Part shown: positions 51,444 through 64,000 of the stretch, one piece after another
Layout: every line of letters begins with the position of its first letter
Position numbering within the stretch: the stretch's first letter is position 1
Origin: Utricularia gibba
Taxonomy: Eukaryota; Plantae; Magnoliophyta
NCBI GenBank assembly: GCA_002189035.1
Contig: NEEC01000004.1
Location: forward strand, 2,294,001-2,358,000
Length of the DNA: 64,000 bases
Direction: 5' to 3'
Notes under the pieces: model-generated
What the model was told of the DNA's origin: nothing
Seen by the model: only the letters and a program-made list of their open reading frames with translations
The model's database searches: none
Translations under genes and position numbers: made by a program

Positions 51444-52819
51444 CCAAAAAAATAATTTGGGTTCCTATAATTAATTCATCACATATAATAATTAATGCAA
51501 GAGAGACTACATGCTTATGCGTACCCACATCATGAACAAAGCAAACAATCAGAAAATACAAAATGAATATGTTTGCATTATTAAAGAAATTATTCATTCA
51601 TCTTGGCTACTGACCTTCGATTTTGATGTCTCCAAATGGGTGGGACACCGAATGAATACTTTGTTGTGCTGCCGAACAATCAAAACATGGACCTCAATTA
51701 CATGAATTTGAGACCCAACAATGGGTCTACGATCCAAATTTTGCTAGTCGGTATAGAAAATATTCACAGGTTGAGGAAGAAAATCTGTAGATAGAGGAAG
51801 AAATTCGCAGGTTGAGGGGAAACAGAATCGTAGGGTTGAAAAATAATTTTCCCTCAAATTTAATTCAAGATAAGATGTAGATGCATTTATGAGTATTTTA
51901 GACTTTTCATAATCAAAAAGTTATCCATGTGTAAGGTATAAAATTAAGGAGGGGTTTTGATGGGGATACATTTATAACTTATAGAAAGGAAAAAATTATC
52001 CCAGAAAAATTTACTTACACTTACCAAACACGTTATTATTATCCCGCATATTAGGATATCCCATCTTATCCCATGTTATCCTTATTACCAAACACGGACT
52101 AAGGTAATAAGGGAAAGACTCTATCACTCAACTCCTTTTGGCTCTTATTGGGCTGATTTGCAATACAGTGCAATGTAGGTCACACTTTCCTTCTATTTGA
52201 TCTTACGAGCTCCACTGAATGACTCAATGAAGAAAAAGCATAAAGCACTTGCAAAAGGATATGGAGGGTTTCCAGCAAGAGATCCTGACATTTTTCTTCC
52301 TATAAAAGTATTTGAGGTATAGTAGAGAATTTTGAAAATAATAAAAAAGCATAAGAGCAAGCTGGCACATTTTTTTCCAATTCTACCATTCTGGTGACTC
52401 TTATTTTGGAGAAGAGTTACCAATGAATTTATGAAACATTTGGCAATGCAATACTCTTCATCAATGTGCAGAAACCCTAATCTCAAACTTAAGTTCAAGC
52501 GAGTGAGGAAGTCAAGTTATCAATTGTATTAGTATTTTTGAGACTTTTTACATTCAGTATATTGCACGGATGCCCTCTGACTTGTGCATATTTCAAATAA
52601 CGCCCGTTAAATGGGAAGAAATCCGAAGTTGCTAATTGCGAGTTTGCGAATCCCTCTCCAGCTGTGGGTTCCGTATCCCCCTCCGTATAGCGGCTGCCGA
52701 CGCACATCACTGGAGCAGTGGGAATATCTTTCATCCACTGGACACTCTTGATCCCTAGAAGATAGAGATTTCATTTCATCGGCGCTGGAATTCAGGAAAA
52801 AGGAGATAGGTTCCGTTCA

Positions 52820-54804
52820 ATGGGAAGCCTAGGAAGGGCAGTCTACACTTTGGGGAACTTGATTCGGGTTGCTGGTCAAGGCCTTGATCGGCTGGGTTCA
52901 ACTATTCAGGGAGGCTATTTCATTCCGGAAAGTAGTAAGTGATTCATCTTCTTCATCGATTTCTCTTTTCGGGGATTTTACGTGGAAACCCTGCATTTTC
53001 GCTTTTTTCGTTATGAAATTTGAAATTGGATCTGGATAAGAGAGCTGCGGTTGAATTGTAGAGTAAGAATTACCCTTGTTTGGGTTTTCGAAGCTCTCCT
53101 TTTTGGTAAGATTGTGGATGTTGGCACCATAACACGCCCACCTAATTTTGATTCTAGCCTAAAATTTGGGATCTTGAGCAGAACGTAAGGATGAATGTTG
53201 GATCATTTTGAAAGTACATGAATAATCCCTTGAAGTGAAGGGTGAAGTGACGGAAAGTTCATTGCAACGTGAAGCGATGCTGGGTTTTAAAGTTGGACGT
53301 TTTCATATGATGAGATACTAATACATTCATAGATGCATTATCATTTAGAAAACTTAAAATGGCCTGCTCTATGTGCTACGCTTTTCTTAAGAAGCTATAA
53401 TGGATTATGAAGCAGAATTTGATTGCAAGATGTTCTCTTTTGTAGATGGGTTTATTTAATTACTGAAACCTCTCAATTTTAACCATTGCTTCTGTACTGT
53501 GTCGTTTCTTTTGCATGTTAAACCAGTTAATTACTTGGTGGTTCCAACAGCTTGAAAATACTGATCGCAAACTGGAACCTAAATTAAACAGATGATAAAT
53601 GCACCTAGATTATCATAGAAATCTTTTTGTACTTATCTCAACATATGGTGAATTTTTCTTTGTATATTAGCTATGCGGGTATGATACTATATGTTGAATT
53701 TTCCTGTATGAATTAGAATGTTGTTTTTTTTTTTTTTTTCAGTTTCAAGGCACAGAACTCTGTTGAACGTCTATGACAAGTCTCCATTTGTTGACAAGGA
53801 TGCGTTTATCGCACCAAGTGCCTCTGTTATTGGGGATGTCCAGGTGGGACAAGGATCTTCGATTTGGTATGGAGCTGTCCTTCGAGGTAGGTCCTGATTC
53901 ACATCCTGAAGTGAAGAAAACTTCTTCCCCCAGCATTTGATATGATCGCACTTTCATTTGGATTGGTAGGTGATGTTAACAGCATCAGTGTTGGGAATGG
54001 AACAAATATACAGGACAATTCCCTGGTGCATGTAGCCAAATCAAACGTTGGTGGGAAGGAACTCCCCACTATCATTGGGAGTAATGTTACAATTGGTATG
54101 TAAATACGCCTACATGTTTTCTATGGAAGCTGTAGGCCTATTTTTTTTCTTGGATACTGTTATCAGAAAAAGCAGCCATTTCAAGGGGTCACTGAAAATT
54201 TGATCAACAGGCCACAGTGCAGTTCTACATGGCTGCACCATCGAGGATGAGGCCTTCGTTGGAATGGGAGCCACGCTTCTTGATGGTGTCATTGTGGAAA
54301 AGCATTCGATGGTTGGTGCTGGATCCCTTGTTAAACAGGGCACAAGAATCCCTTTCGGAGAGGTACACGTTTCTGTCTGCTCCATTCTTACCTGCTTGTT
54401 GCTCAACAAATAGAGGTTTTGTGCGTGAATCACAAGTTACACCTCTCTAAGTATCATGCTTTTAGCCTTCTGCAAAGGTTTCAAGTTGTCATCATTTTTG
54501 AGAGGTGCCTTTTCTTTCACAGATATGGGTAGGAAATCCAGCCAAATTTCTAAGGAAGCTCACAGATGAAGAGATTGCATTCATCGCCCAATCAGCCATA
54601 AACTACATCAACCTTGCTAAGGTTCATGCTGCTGAAAATGCAAAGCCCCATGAGGAAATCGAGTTCGAAAAGATGTTGCGCAAGAAGTTCGCTCGTCGTG
54701 ATGAGGAATATGACTCCATGATCGGTGTTGTTAGGGAAACCCCACAGGAACTCATCCTTCCGGACGACATCCTCCCTGGGAAATCACAGAAGCCCGCCCA
54801 GTGA
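52820..54804 (+). CDS. GAMMA CA: Mitochondrial gamma-carbonic anhydrase (complex I CA-domain subunit), gammaCA2-like, 5 exons
   Basis: MGSLGRAVYTLGNLIR..., SRHRTLLNVYDKSP, GTNIQDNSLVHVAK, GHSAVLHGC (three Zn-site His present), GNPAKFLRKLTDEE, YDSMIGVVRETPQELILP; stop at 54804. Confidence 0.95.
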
Positions 54805-55311
54805 GATCACAGGGTCCGTCCTCTCCGGGTCACTAGCGTAAGTTTACCCGAACTGAATCGTTCATCGGTTCTTGCAAAATAAAACACACTGTTTGACTGA
54901 GGCTGTAACTTTGTGCTGCTATTTCTTGTACCCAAATCACCTGCTTGACTGTCTCGGTTTTTGCTGCTCACGAGCTTCATGTGGATTCTCTGATTAAACA
55001 AGAAAGGTTTATATCGCAATTTCTGCTACTAAAAGAAGGCGGTTCTAGGCCTACCCATCATCTCTGTGATAGACAAGTGCTCATGATGAACCATAAATCA
55101 TCTCTCCATAACATGAAGCGCGAAGTTCCGACAAGAGGAACCATAAGTCACCTGCTCGACATTGTCATCACTAGATTCTAATGAAAAAGCTTGAGAATAA
55201 GACTCAAGGAGACCACCCACTCTGGATGTCTAATCAACAGTGTAAAACAAATCCGACTGAAGTTCTGGAGAGAGGATTGAGCCTTTGATAAATTATCAGG
55301 CTTACTTACAG

Positions 55312-56843
55312 TCAGATATCCATAGGACTTGGAGCAACCCCTTGGTCGGAATTTCCCTCATCAGTAGTACCTGATTGGGGATCAGCATCGATCGGTTGAC
55401 CGGCAGCAGCTTCCTCCTCGGGCTGTTCATGAATAATCTCAAATTCATTGATTAGCCCTTGTACGGATTCTGGATCCAGTATATGGAAAGCCTCCCCTAC
55501 GCCCAGCACAGCGATTGTGCAAATTGAGCTGCTCAATTTCTCACCCTGCAATGTCTCATTCAGGGCAAATAGTGCATCCTTGATGAGGTCTTTTCGGGTG
55601 GATGACATGAAACCTACAAACTTTCGTTCCAAGTAAGTCTTTGCAGCCTGTGACCGGGAACCAATAGCAAATGCTTGATATTCAAAGTAGTTTCCGCTTG
55701 GGCAGTTGTAGTAGAGGTGTGCCCCAGACTCATCCAGACCACCAACAAGAAGGCCAACACCATATGGTCGTTTCCATGAACGCTGTGTGCAGACCTACAT
55801 ATCAAAAAGAGAAGTGAAAGTTAAAGTTTGTATCAGAGGTGACAGCCAATAGAATAGCACCGGTAACATCCATTGAATGGAGGAACTAACACGCAAAGGT
55901 AATGATGTCCAACAGAAAAAAACCAGAGCTCTCGAAAAACAGCAAGTTCCAGAGAATGAACGCATAATTGTGAATTCAGTCAGCTGGATCAACCGAGCAC
56001 GTTAATTCAGGAGCTTCGTAGCTAGAGCAGCATTCTTCAAAACCATAAAAAAAAACACATTTTTCTCCAAATCAATGGCTACATTGATGAAAAACAGAAG
56101 AAACGCAGTAAACAGTGTGCAGCGTAGGAAATATTACAAAGATTAAGAGTAGCATAAGAAACAACAGGAGGCTAAGATCCACTTAGTTCTAACTGCTCGT
56201 TTCTGTTTCAGGAGAACACAAAGAAGTACATTCCTTGGGCAAATTAATTTGCTCATTCCTCAAGCTGAGGCCAAAAGTAAAGTTACCACTTGCAACAGCT
56301 TACAACAATGAAATAAACATGTCGCCGGAGATTTTAAAACAAGAGAGATCGCAATTAAAATGAACACAGTTGTGAGATTAATAGAAAATTACACCCGTTT
56401 CAAGTCCAATCCTCTATCCCATAGAAAATTACAACAGCAACGCGTAAACAACCAGGCGGACAATCGCGATTTAACCAAACAACAATTCATACCTGAGCCT
56501 TGTCAGCTAGCTGGACAACAAGACGACCGACGGGCAGCGGAGACTCGTAAGTATAAGAGTAATTGATGCACTCGTTTCGCATATATCTGGATAGCACACG
56601 GCCGTCGGCTGTGAGCCCAGCAATGGCGATACCGATGTGGTTATCAACCTTGAAGATCTTCTTCTGGTGCGAAGAAAGTTCAGAGGATGCCTTGTTCACA
56701 CTAGCCAGCACCACATGAGTTTTGGATCGCAGCCCAATTGCCGCCGATCCCTGCTTCACCGCCTCCATTGCGTACTCCACTTGAAAAAGACGCCCCGCCG
56801 GAGACCACGTCGTAACATCGGTATCGTACTGGTTTCTGAACAT
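55312..56843 (-). CDS. PAF: 20S proteasome subunit alpha type-1 (alpha6/PAF), exons 56843-56493 and 55794-55312, 277 aa
   Basis: [38 protein letters not shown]|[31 protein letters not shown], acidic tail ending PMDI*. Confidence 0.97.
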
Positions 56844-57639
56844 CTCGAATTTATTAAGCGCAACAGAAGGAAAGACGACTCAACGAGCCCTGAGTTTCCC
56901 GAACTCCGGTTAGATAGCAGGGAGGGTTGCTTCTTTCTTCTCAACTCTCAAGCCAATGCGGAAAAATGCAACATGCCAGATCTTATTGGGCCTACCTCAA
57001 ACAAATCCAATCACTGCTGGCCCAAATACGTCTTACAAGACGATTTCCTTATGAGTTATGACAAACCAATCCATATTTGACTAGTGAATTGGGCAGAGCG
57101 TTCAGGCTGATGGCCATGGACCTTTAGAATTGTTTCAATGCTAAACCAAATATAATGATCTCGTAATGTGATATTATTCGTTTTAAATATTTAATATTTA
57201 TCATTTTATGTTTTTCTCATCTTTGTCTATTTACCCAAAATGTTAATACATTTTCAAATTACTCCAAATAAAAAATGCTTAACTTTAGAGTTTTTATTAA
57301 GAAAGTTATACTATATTTGAGAAAATACTTCATCTAAGATTTAAATAATCATTCTACTCAATCTCATTTTTTATTTTATCCATTACTATGTGAGATTCAT
57401 CTAGACTTCTTCCACTCTTTCTAGAACAAGGCCTCACATTCTTCCCACATTAGAAACTTAATGTCCTTATTGAGATTTGTTTCACCATCAATTACTAAGC
57501 CAAATTTGCATATGATACCACATAATGTCATAAGGCCAAGCATATAGGTGATTGGGGACCAAATGAGGGATTGGTCACAAGAGAGAACGTGACTTGGCCT
57601 ATGGTGAGGATCATTCATCTGAGTTAGGAGGAAGCTAGA

Positions 57640-57900
57640 GACAATGGCAATGTAATTTCCAATACTCTTTCTCTTAGTAACAATCAGGTCATGGTTTTAT
57701 CCGATTGTAGGGCAACCCATTCATTTGTAGCTACCAAGTGCGAGAGTAGATTACATGGGTTGGATGAAGGGGAGATTGCTCAATTGAAGGTGTGGACTCC
57801 CAATGGGGGATGGTTGGAGAGTAAGAGGAGGTATCCATTGATAGAATAAGATTTGGGGAGTTATGGATATGCATGGATTTGTGAGAACTAGACTTGAGGA
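57640..57900 (+). mobile_element. Gypsy (Tekay-like) aspartic protease relic
   Basis: NTLSLSNNQVMVLSDCRATHSFV...LKVWTPNG, a degenerate LFDSGATHSFI...VSTP.G motif. Confidence 0.55.
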
Positions 57901-59569
57901 AAGTGAAGATGACCCTAAGTATGGATTAGTTGGGACACATCATGTGAAGATAGAATACCAAAAACAAGTGTTGGAACTTATAAAGATAAATAAGTCACTT
58001 AGATTTATACCTATTTCGATATGTTGTGTCTCATATATACCTGTTATGGACGAAAAATCGAATCGGCTTATGAGTCCGATTTTTTGGTGTTAAACCAATA
58101 ATGATTGTTCAACTTTCAAGTACTAAACAATTAGTAGCTATGTGCAAAGCAGTGAAGAAGAGTCATGGACTTTTTTTATAGGATAGGCTTACTCGATCGA
58201 TTTCTTTAGACGTCAACTACTTTCTACGTTTGGTGGTTGTACCGACCGCATAGGTGATCCTATTGACATATAATTACCACCTATATTGTGCCTCTTGCAA
58301 TTCGGTTGCTTTTCAAATTTTTTTGAAACGGTTGAAGCCTAACACTATTCCGTTCCAGTTCCTACAAGCCTACGCCTGCTTGTCGGGAGTTGGAATCCGA
58401 TTCTAATCCTTAATCGATATGGTTATGTTGCAACCGATTTGATGTTCACTTCCTATTGCCAATTTATGCCTCCATCCCTTGTTCCCCCTTGCACATCTAT
58501 CCTCAAGGTAAGGTGCAAGTCATTTTCCTCTTTTTCCAACATGGTATGCACTGATTTTTGACCTCATCAATACTAATCAGTCAAAATTTTATAAACTCAA
58601 TATAAACAAATACTAAACCTAGGGCGTCTGAAGCTTATTATTTAGCAAAAGTGTCACATAAATCCATTATGAGTCACAATATAAGTGATCTTTCGATACA
58701 TAATTAATCTATGTGCAAACTCAGTTGTAAATAATGTAAGTTTCTTCTTTAAATCTCCTCGTGTTCTTCATATTTATTCACGTCTTTCATCTCATTGTTT
58801 TCAAATTTATTGCTAAAGGGTAAAGCTAATCTTCAATGTATTCTTTTGGTCTTATAATAATTAACATCTTTATCTCACATTTGTTTGATTGGATATCATT
58901 TTTATATATTAACTAAAAGCATTGACATTGTTGTCTCAATTTTGGATATCAAAGATGACATGATATTCGAAATTCATCAATAACTAGTAATCATTTGTTG
59001 CAAGCAAAATTGGAAGGTGCAAAACGAGATGTAGTCTTGTATGAGAACATATTTCATAAGAAACATTAAGATTCTAGAAGTTTTTTTCACCTTCAACTCT
59101 ACTTAGATTAGTAGTATTGTTGGAAACATGGTCATGTTTGGAATTTTATTACGACTTATATTGTCTTCAACCCATCATATTTTATTCCTTATAACTAAGC
59201 ACTATAAAATCATATATCATCTGCTTTTATTTTTTTGGTAATACCATTATAGAAAAAAGCAGCATTCAATCTATTATATTTTGTAAATATAATCCATTAT
59301 CCTTTAACTATAAAAAAAACTCGAAAAAAACATAGATTTTCAAAACAAACAAAAACTTTGTAATATCATAGTCATTAAAAATAGTTGAGAGTTGCTCCTC
59401 CATATCACTACTCAATTTCTATGTAATCTTATACCTCTGACTCATTTCAATTTCTTTTTTTTTTGTTATATGTATCTCGTATTTCTATTTGTTTTGTTGT
59501 TATAGTATTTTTTATCTTCAAATTTTTCTTCTATTTTTCTGTATCATATGGTCGCTTTATTTTAACCAT

Positions 59570-59900
59570 TGGATACACAATTTTACACCCAAGTTGTCAG
59601 ATATCTTATGATAGATAATTGATAGCAACATTGGTAACCCTTTGTGCTATATCGGTTAAGAAATGAAACAAGCTCTGAACTCAATTAAAGTTGGTTGGAA
59701 GAATGTTATTGCATAATTTACTAAATCATTTAGTATAGGATATACAAGAGATCAACTAAAATATCAATGTGATACATCGAAAAAATGTTAGTTAGTCTAG
59801 ATAAATTAAAGTCTAAAGTGTAAGACTTAGATATGATTGATACTAAAGATACAATCATTGCAAATAGCAATTGGTGGAAACATGTCACAACGGCAATAAC
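59570..59900 (+). mobile_element. Harbinger Myb/SANT-like partner gene relic (fourth Harbinger locus)
   Basis: Frameshifted KVGWKNVIA*FTKS...YTRDQLK...DTKDTIIANSNWW, matching the GWK...YxxxQLKxxWD...TIxAxxxWW pattern. Confidence 0.55.
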
Positions 59901-61269
59901 CTTTTCCTTTATACTTTTATAAGTATTCATATTAATCATGCCGATTGATTTCATTTAGTATTTTAACTTCATTTTTAAGAAGACAAAAGATTTAGTTGGT
60001 TTAAGAATCTTGGATAATTGCTGAAAAACAACAAGAAATGATGCTTGAAGATGTTATAGCTTATATAGATATATATTCATGCTTTTAGCTATATTGCCTA
60101 ATATTGAGATGAAAATAGAAATCCTAAAAATGATTACAAGAAAGATGAACATTTATGAATTCAAAACAAGTGCCCAACAAAATGATGGAGAATTGTCTCT
60201 CTTAGAAAAAGTTCAAGCAAAATAGGCATGAAAACAGTAAATTTGAGAGAACTAAATGAAATTATGAATGTTGGCAAATTTTGACGAACAAAAACAAATA
60301 AACTTGCTACTATTGATGTTGAAGTTGAACAAATATGCACAAATATATTAAATGAGATTAATGGTTAAGAAGTCAACAATACATGTTACTCCTAGACATT
60401 GAAATGGTTTGATAGCAAATTATATCAAGATTGGAATGTTTGCATAGCAAAATAGGTGGGATGTAGTTGTGAAATGTAACCAAATTTCTTTAGTTTCTAG
60501 ATAATGTTTATCTTACATGAATGTGGCAATTAGTGATATAATTATTATAGAATTTTATTTGTTGTCTTTTTTTAAATTTAATTTTTTTATGCATTTTATT
60601 CAATTTGAAATTTAGTGATCATATAATGTTTCTTTTATATTGATGATTTGCAATACAATTATTGATAAGATTACCATTATCTTTAAGATTATACTAATGA
60701 TGCCTTCAAAATAATTGAGTGATTCAAAATGACATGAGATAGAAAAGTATATTGTATGAACAATTAGACATGTGATATATAAAATTGTGTTATATTCAAT
60801 GTGTGCTAGAGCAAGTAGTGGTACTTTTCAAAGTAATTGTGATTATAATGAATCACAATGGTAAAAAAAATGCATCATTAATGATGATTGATATATATTA
60901 CAGCATATAGGTAGTTTTTCTATTCAAAAGAAATTAGTGATATTTATATTTATTATAGGTTTAGGAGTTGATGGAAGGAAGTTTTCTATAGGTGTCTCAG
61001 ACCTAAAAATTTTCCCATCAAAATATTTATAAGTTGAATTGGTAATTTGTAAATATTTTACATAAATATAAATTTCTGATGCAAACTATTAAGGTAGAAA
61101 AATAATAAGCAATACTCATATAAAAAAAATGTACTCTAGAACTCAAACATAAAATAAAAGCAAAAACTACTAATGAAATTAGTGAGTAACCGTTTAACTT
61201 AAAACTATAAGAGCCAATGTAATTTTAGTCTTTAACTATAAACAAATAACAAAAAAATGAAGTGAGAAA

Positions 61270-63840
61270 ATGGTCAAAGCAATTAGGTTAGATGGTTGAT
61301 GACATTGAAGAGATGTGTCCATCCATATGCATGCACATAATCTTTCTAGAGGATGATTCAAAACCAATTCACCAACCTTAACGACGTCTCAATCCAAACA
61401 TGATAGAGGTGGTGAGAAAAAAAATTGTTAAACTTCATGGCAATATGACTAATATCCCTATCCACGTTTCTCCCAAGAAGACTAATATGACAGTGGTGGA
61501 GAATGAGAGAGATGAATTTGTGCCACAAAGAGTGTAAAATAGATAGTGCATTTGCATAGATTACCGGAAATTAAATGAAGTGATAAAGAAAGACCAATAT
61601 CCTTTGCCTTTTATTGACCAAATATTGGAAAAATTGGTTGAAAAATCGTTTTATTGCTTTTTGGATAGATATTATGGATATAATCAAGTTCCTGTTTAAG
61701 GGCAATACCAAGATAAGACAACTCGCACATGTCTATTTGGAACTTATCCTTATAGAAGGATGCGTTTCAGGTTGTGTAATGTCTCATCCACATTTCAGAG
61801 ATGTATGACTAGTATTTTCTCCTATTTTAGTGAGGATTTTATTGAAACATTTATTGATGATTTTACGGTATATGGAGAAAATTTTGAGTCATGTTTAGAC
61901 TATTTGGATCAAGTTTTAAAAAAATGTGTGGAAAAGAACCTAGTTTTAAATTCTAAAAAATATCATTTTATGGTGTATTATAGAATTGTTTTAGGGCATG
62001 TGATTTCTACAAAAGGAATTGAGGTAAATAGAGTGAAATTTGAGATTATATCTAAGCATCGTTATTCTATTGATGTGAAAGGTGTTAGATTATTCTTAGG
62101 ATATGTTGGCTTTTATAGGAGGTTCATTAATAAATTTTCAAAAATTGCTTTGCCTCTTAAAAGGTTATTGTATAATGATGTTGTCTTTAATTTTGATGAT
62201 TTATGTAAGCATACTTTTAATTGCTTGAAGAAGGCTATTACTATTGCATCCGTGATGCAACCACTTGATTGGAGGTATGATTTTAAGATTATGTATGATG
62301 CTAGTAACCATGTTTTGGGATCAGTTTTAGGACAAAAAATTGAAGAGAAGCACCAACTTATTTCCTATGCTTTCAAAACCTCATAGAAAAAGTACACCAT
62401 CACAAAAAGGGATATGTAATTTTTGCCTTGGAAAAATTTCATTCTTATCTTTTAGATAGCAAAATGGTGATTTACATGGATCATTTAGCAATAAAGGACT
62501 TGATGGAGAAGGACTCTAAACCAAGACTTATTAGATGGATCCTTTTGGTTCAAGAGTTTGATGTTGAAATCAAGGATAGACTTGGAAGAGAGAACTTGGT
62601 TGCTGATCATCTCAGCAGAATTGAAGGGAATGAAGATGATGAAACCGTCACAGAAACATTTCCAAATGAACAACTATTCTCAGTTCAACCTACTGTATGT
62701 GAACCATAATTTTCTGATCTTGCAAACTTTGTTTCAATAGGAATGATGCAACCTAAAATAGATTATCATGTGAGGAACAAGTTGAAGACTGATGCCAGCT
62801 AGAATAGATTATCATGCGAGGAACAAGTTGAAGACTGATGCCACCTGGAATAGATTATCAAGGAGGAACAAGTTGAAGAGTGATGTCAAATATTACATAT
62901 AGGATGATTCATACTTATGGAGGAGATGTAATGATGGCATCATTTAAAGGTGCGTTCATGAAAATAAAATTTCAAAAATCAATGATTCTTGTCATGTAGG
63001 ACCTTTTTGTGGTCATCAAGAACTGAACTGAATAGCCAAGAAAATCTTAGATTGCGGATTTTATTGGCCTCACATCTTCAAAGATTGTTATGCTTATTGC
63101 AAAAGTTATGAATTGTGCCAAAGGGTAGGAAATTTATCAAATAGAAATGAAATGCCTCAACAAGGAATCTTGTATGTAAGTTTATTTGATGCATGGGATA
63201 TAGATTTTATTGTACTATTTCCTACTTCAACGGTTCACAATTACATTTTGGTTGCGGTTGATTATATATCCAAATAGATTGAGGCAATCCCCACATGGGC
63301 GGATGATGCGAAGACTATGATTAAGTTTCTATGCAATAATATCTTCATGAGACATGGAACTCCTAAGGCCTTGATCAATGATAGAAGAACCCATTTTTAC
63401 AATAAAACCTTGAGGAGTGTTTTGAAGCAGTTCAATGTTTGGTGCAAGTCTTCTACTACATATCATTTTCAAAACAACAGACAAACTAAAGTCTCCAATA
63501 AGGAAATTAAATAAATCCTGAAGAAAGCAATTCAATGTTGGGTGCAAGTCTTCTATTGGAGTTTGAAATGGAAGGATCCACTTTGTATCATATAGATAGC
63601 ATACAGGACTTCCATTAGGACCTCACCATTTTGATTGGTCTATGGTAACTTTATAGGCTGCTAGCAGCACTTGAGCACAAGGCTTAGTGCAAGTCATAGA
63701 AAGCTTCAACTTTCATGATGGATATGGCATTTTATTGTGAAGTACATTCTTCCAAACATCGCCATAGAGATATATGATGTAGATGTCAATAAGGAATTTT
63801 TAGTAAATGGGCATCAATTGCAAATTTTTATGAAAATCTT
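61270..63840 (+). mobile_element. Athila-type Ty3/gypsy pol relic (RT-RNase H-integrase)
   Basis: CPSICMHIIFLEDD.KP..QP*RRLNPNM.EVVRK, DQYPLPFIDQILEKL, FQRCMTSIF...[79 protein letters not shown]; no gag or LTR in the window. Confidence 0.92.
62757..62888. repeat. 46-bp tandem triplication inside Athila pol
   Basis: AATAGATTATCATG(T/C)GAGGAACAAGTTGAAGACTGATGCCA... at 62757, 62803 and 62849. Confidence 0.9.
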
Positions 63841-64000
63841 AAAAACATGTTCACAAGAAATCTGAAGATGATCATGTTGGTGGATGCACAAAAAACATAG
63901 CCGAACCTGCTCCTGAAGAAGAGAATGTCACACCTAAAGCACAAACATTGCCTATCATTGAGAAAAATGCTGAGAAGTCCAAACATGAAGAAGAAGCATT

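Larger units (their letters stand above)
47230..52099. mobile_element. PIF/Harbinger element B (4870 bp), convergent Myb and transposase genes, nearly intact
   Basis: TAA|GGCTGTATTTGGTA ... TACCAAACACGGAC|TAA; TIRs match 11/14. ATCCC/GGGAT-rich subterminal regions. Confidence 0.88.

Noticed and set aside
52193-52734. Two minus-strand ORFs between element B and gamma-CA
   Set aside because: No family motifs and TTG/ATG starts in promoter-like DNA; likely spurious
56637-57080. 147-aa plus-strand ORF
   Set aside because: Antisense shadow of PAF exon 1 and its promoter; no recognisable domain
58180-59450. Possible further TE coding relics (accessory ORF or transposase)
   Set aside because: Too degenerate to assign by eye; needs tBLASTx or RepeatMasker
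63860-64000. Purine-rich, coding-like stretch at the window end
   Set aside because: Too short and truncated to assign

Overview
Angiosperm nuclear DNA with GT-AG spliced genes and AT-rich intergenic sequence; the species cannot be identified from this window. Six host genes look intact: DNA polymerase lambda (+), a B2-type cyclin (-, with MSA promoter elements), HAL3/PPCDC (-), a PCBER/isoflavone-reductase-like gene (+), a mitochondrial gamma-carbonic anhydrase (+) and 20S proteasome alpha-6/PAF (-). A SURP/CID (CHERP-like) gene at the left edge is disrupted. Most of 11-30 kb, 32-52 kb and 57-64 kb is layered transposon sequence: a 5'-truncated Angela-type Copia, Athila/Tat/Tekay-type Gypsy remnants and solo LTRs, two hAT transposase relics, a hAT MITE with a perfect TSD and four PIF/Harbinger loci. 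The most notable structures are three. (i) A 3.5-kb TIR/TSD-bounded hAT-type element (38683-42187) carries a degenerate, intron-containing FCP1/NIF-type phosphatase domain, apparently spliced behind a retroelement-accessory-like ORF. (ii) Two different PIF/Harbinger elements abut and share a single TAA (43624-47226 and 47230-52099). (iii) The second of these is nearly intact and carries alternative hairpins plus a hairpin-containing tandem array between its convergent genes. All family assignments come from motif recognition by eye; no database search was run.
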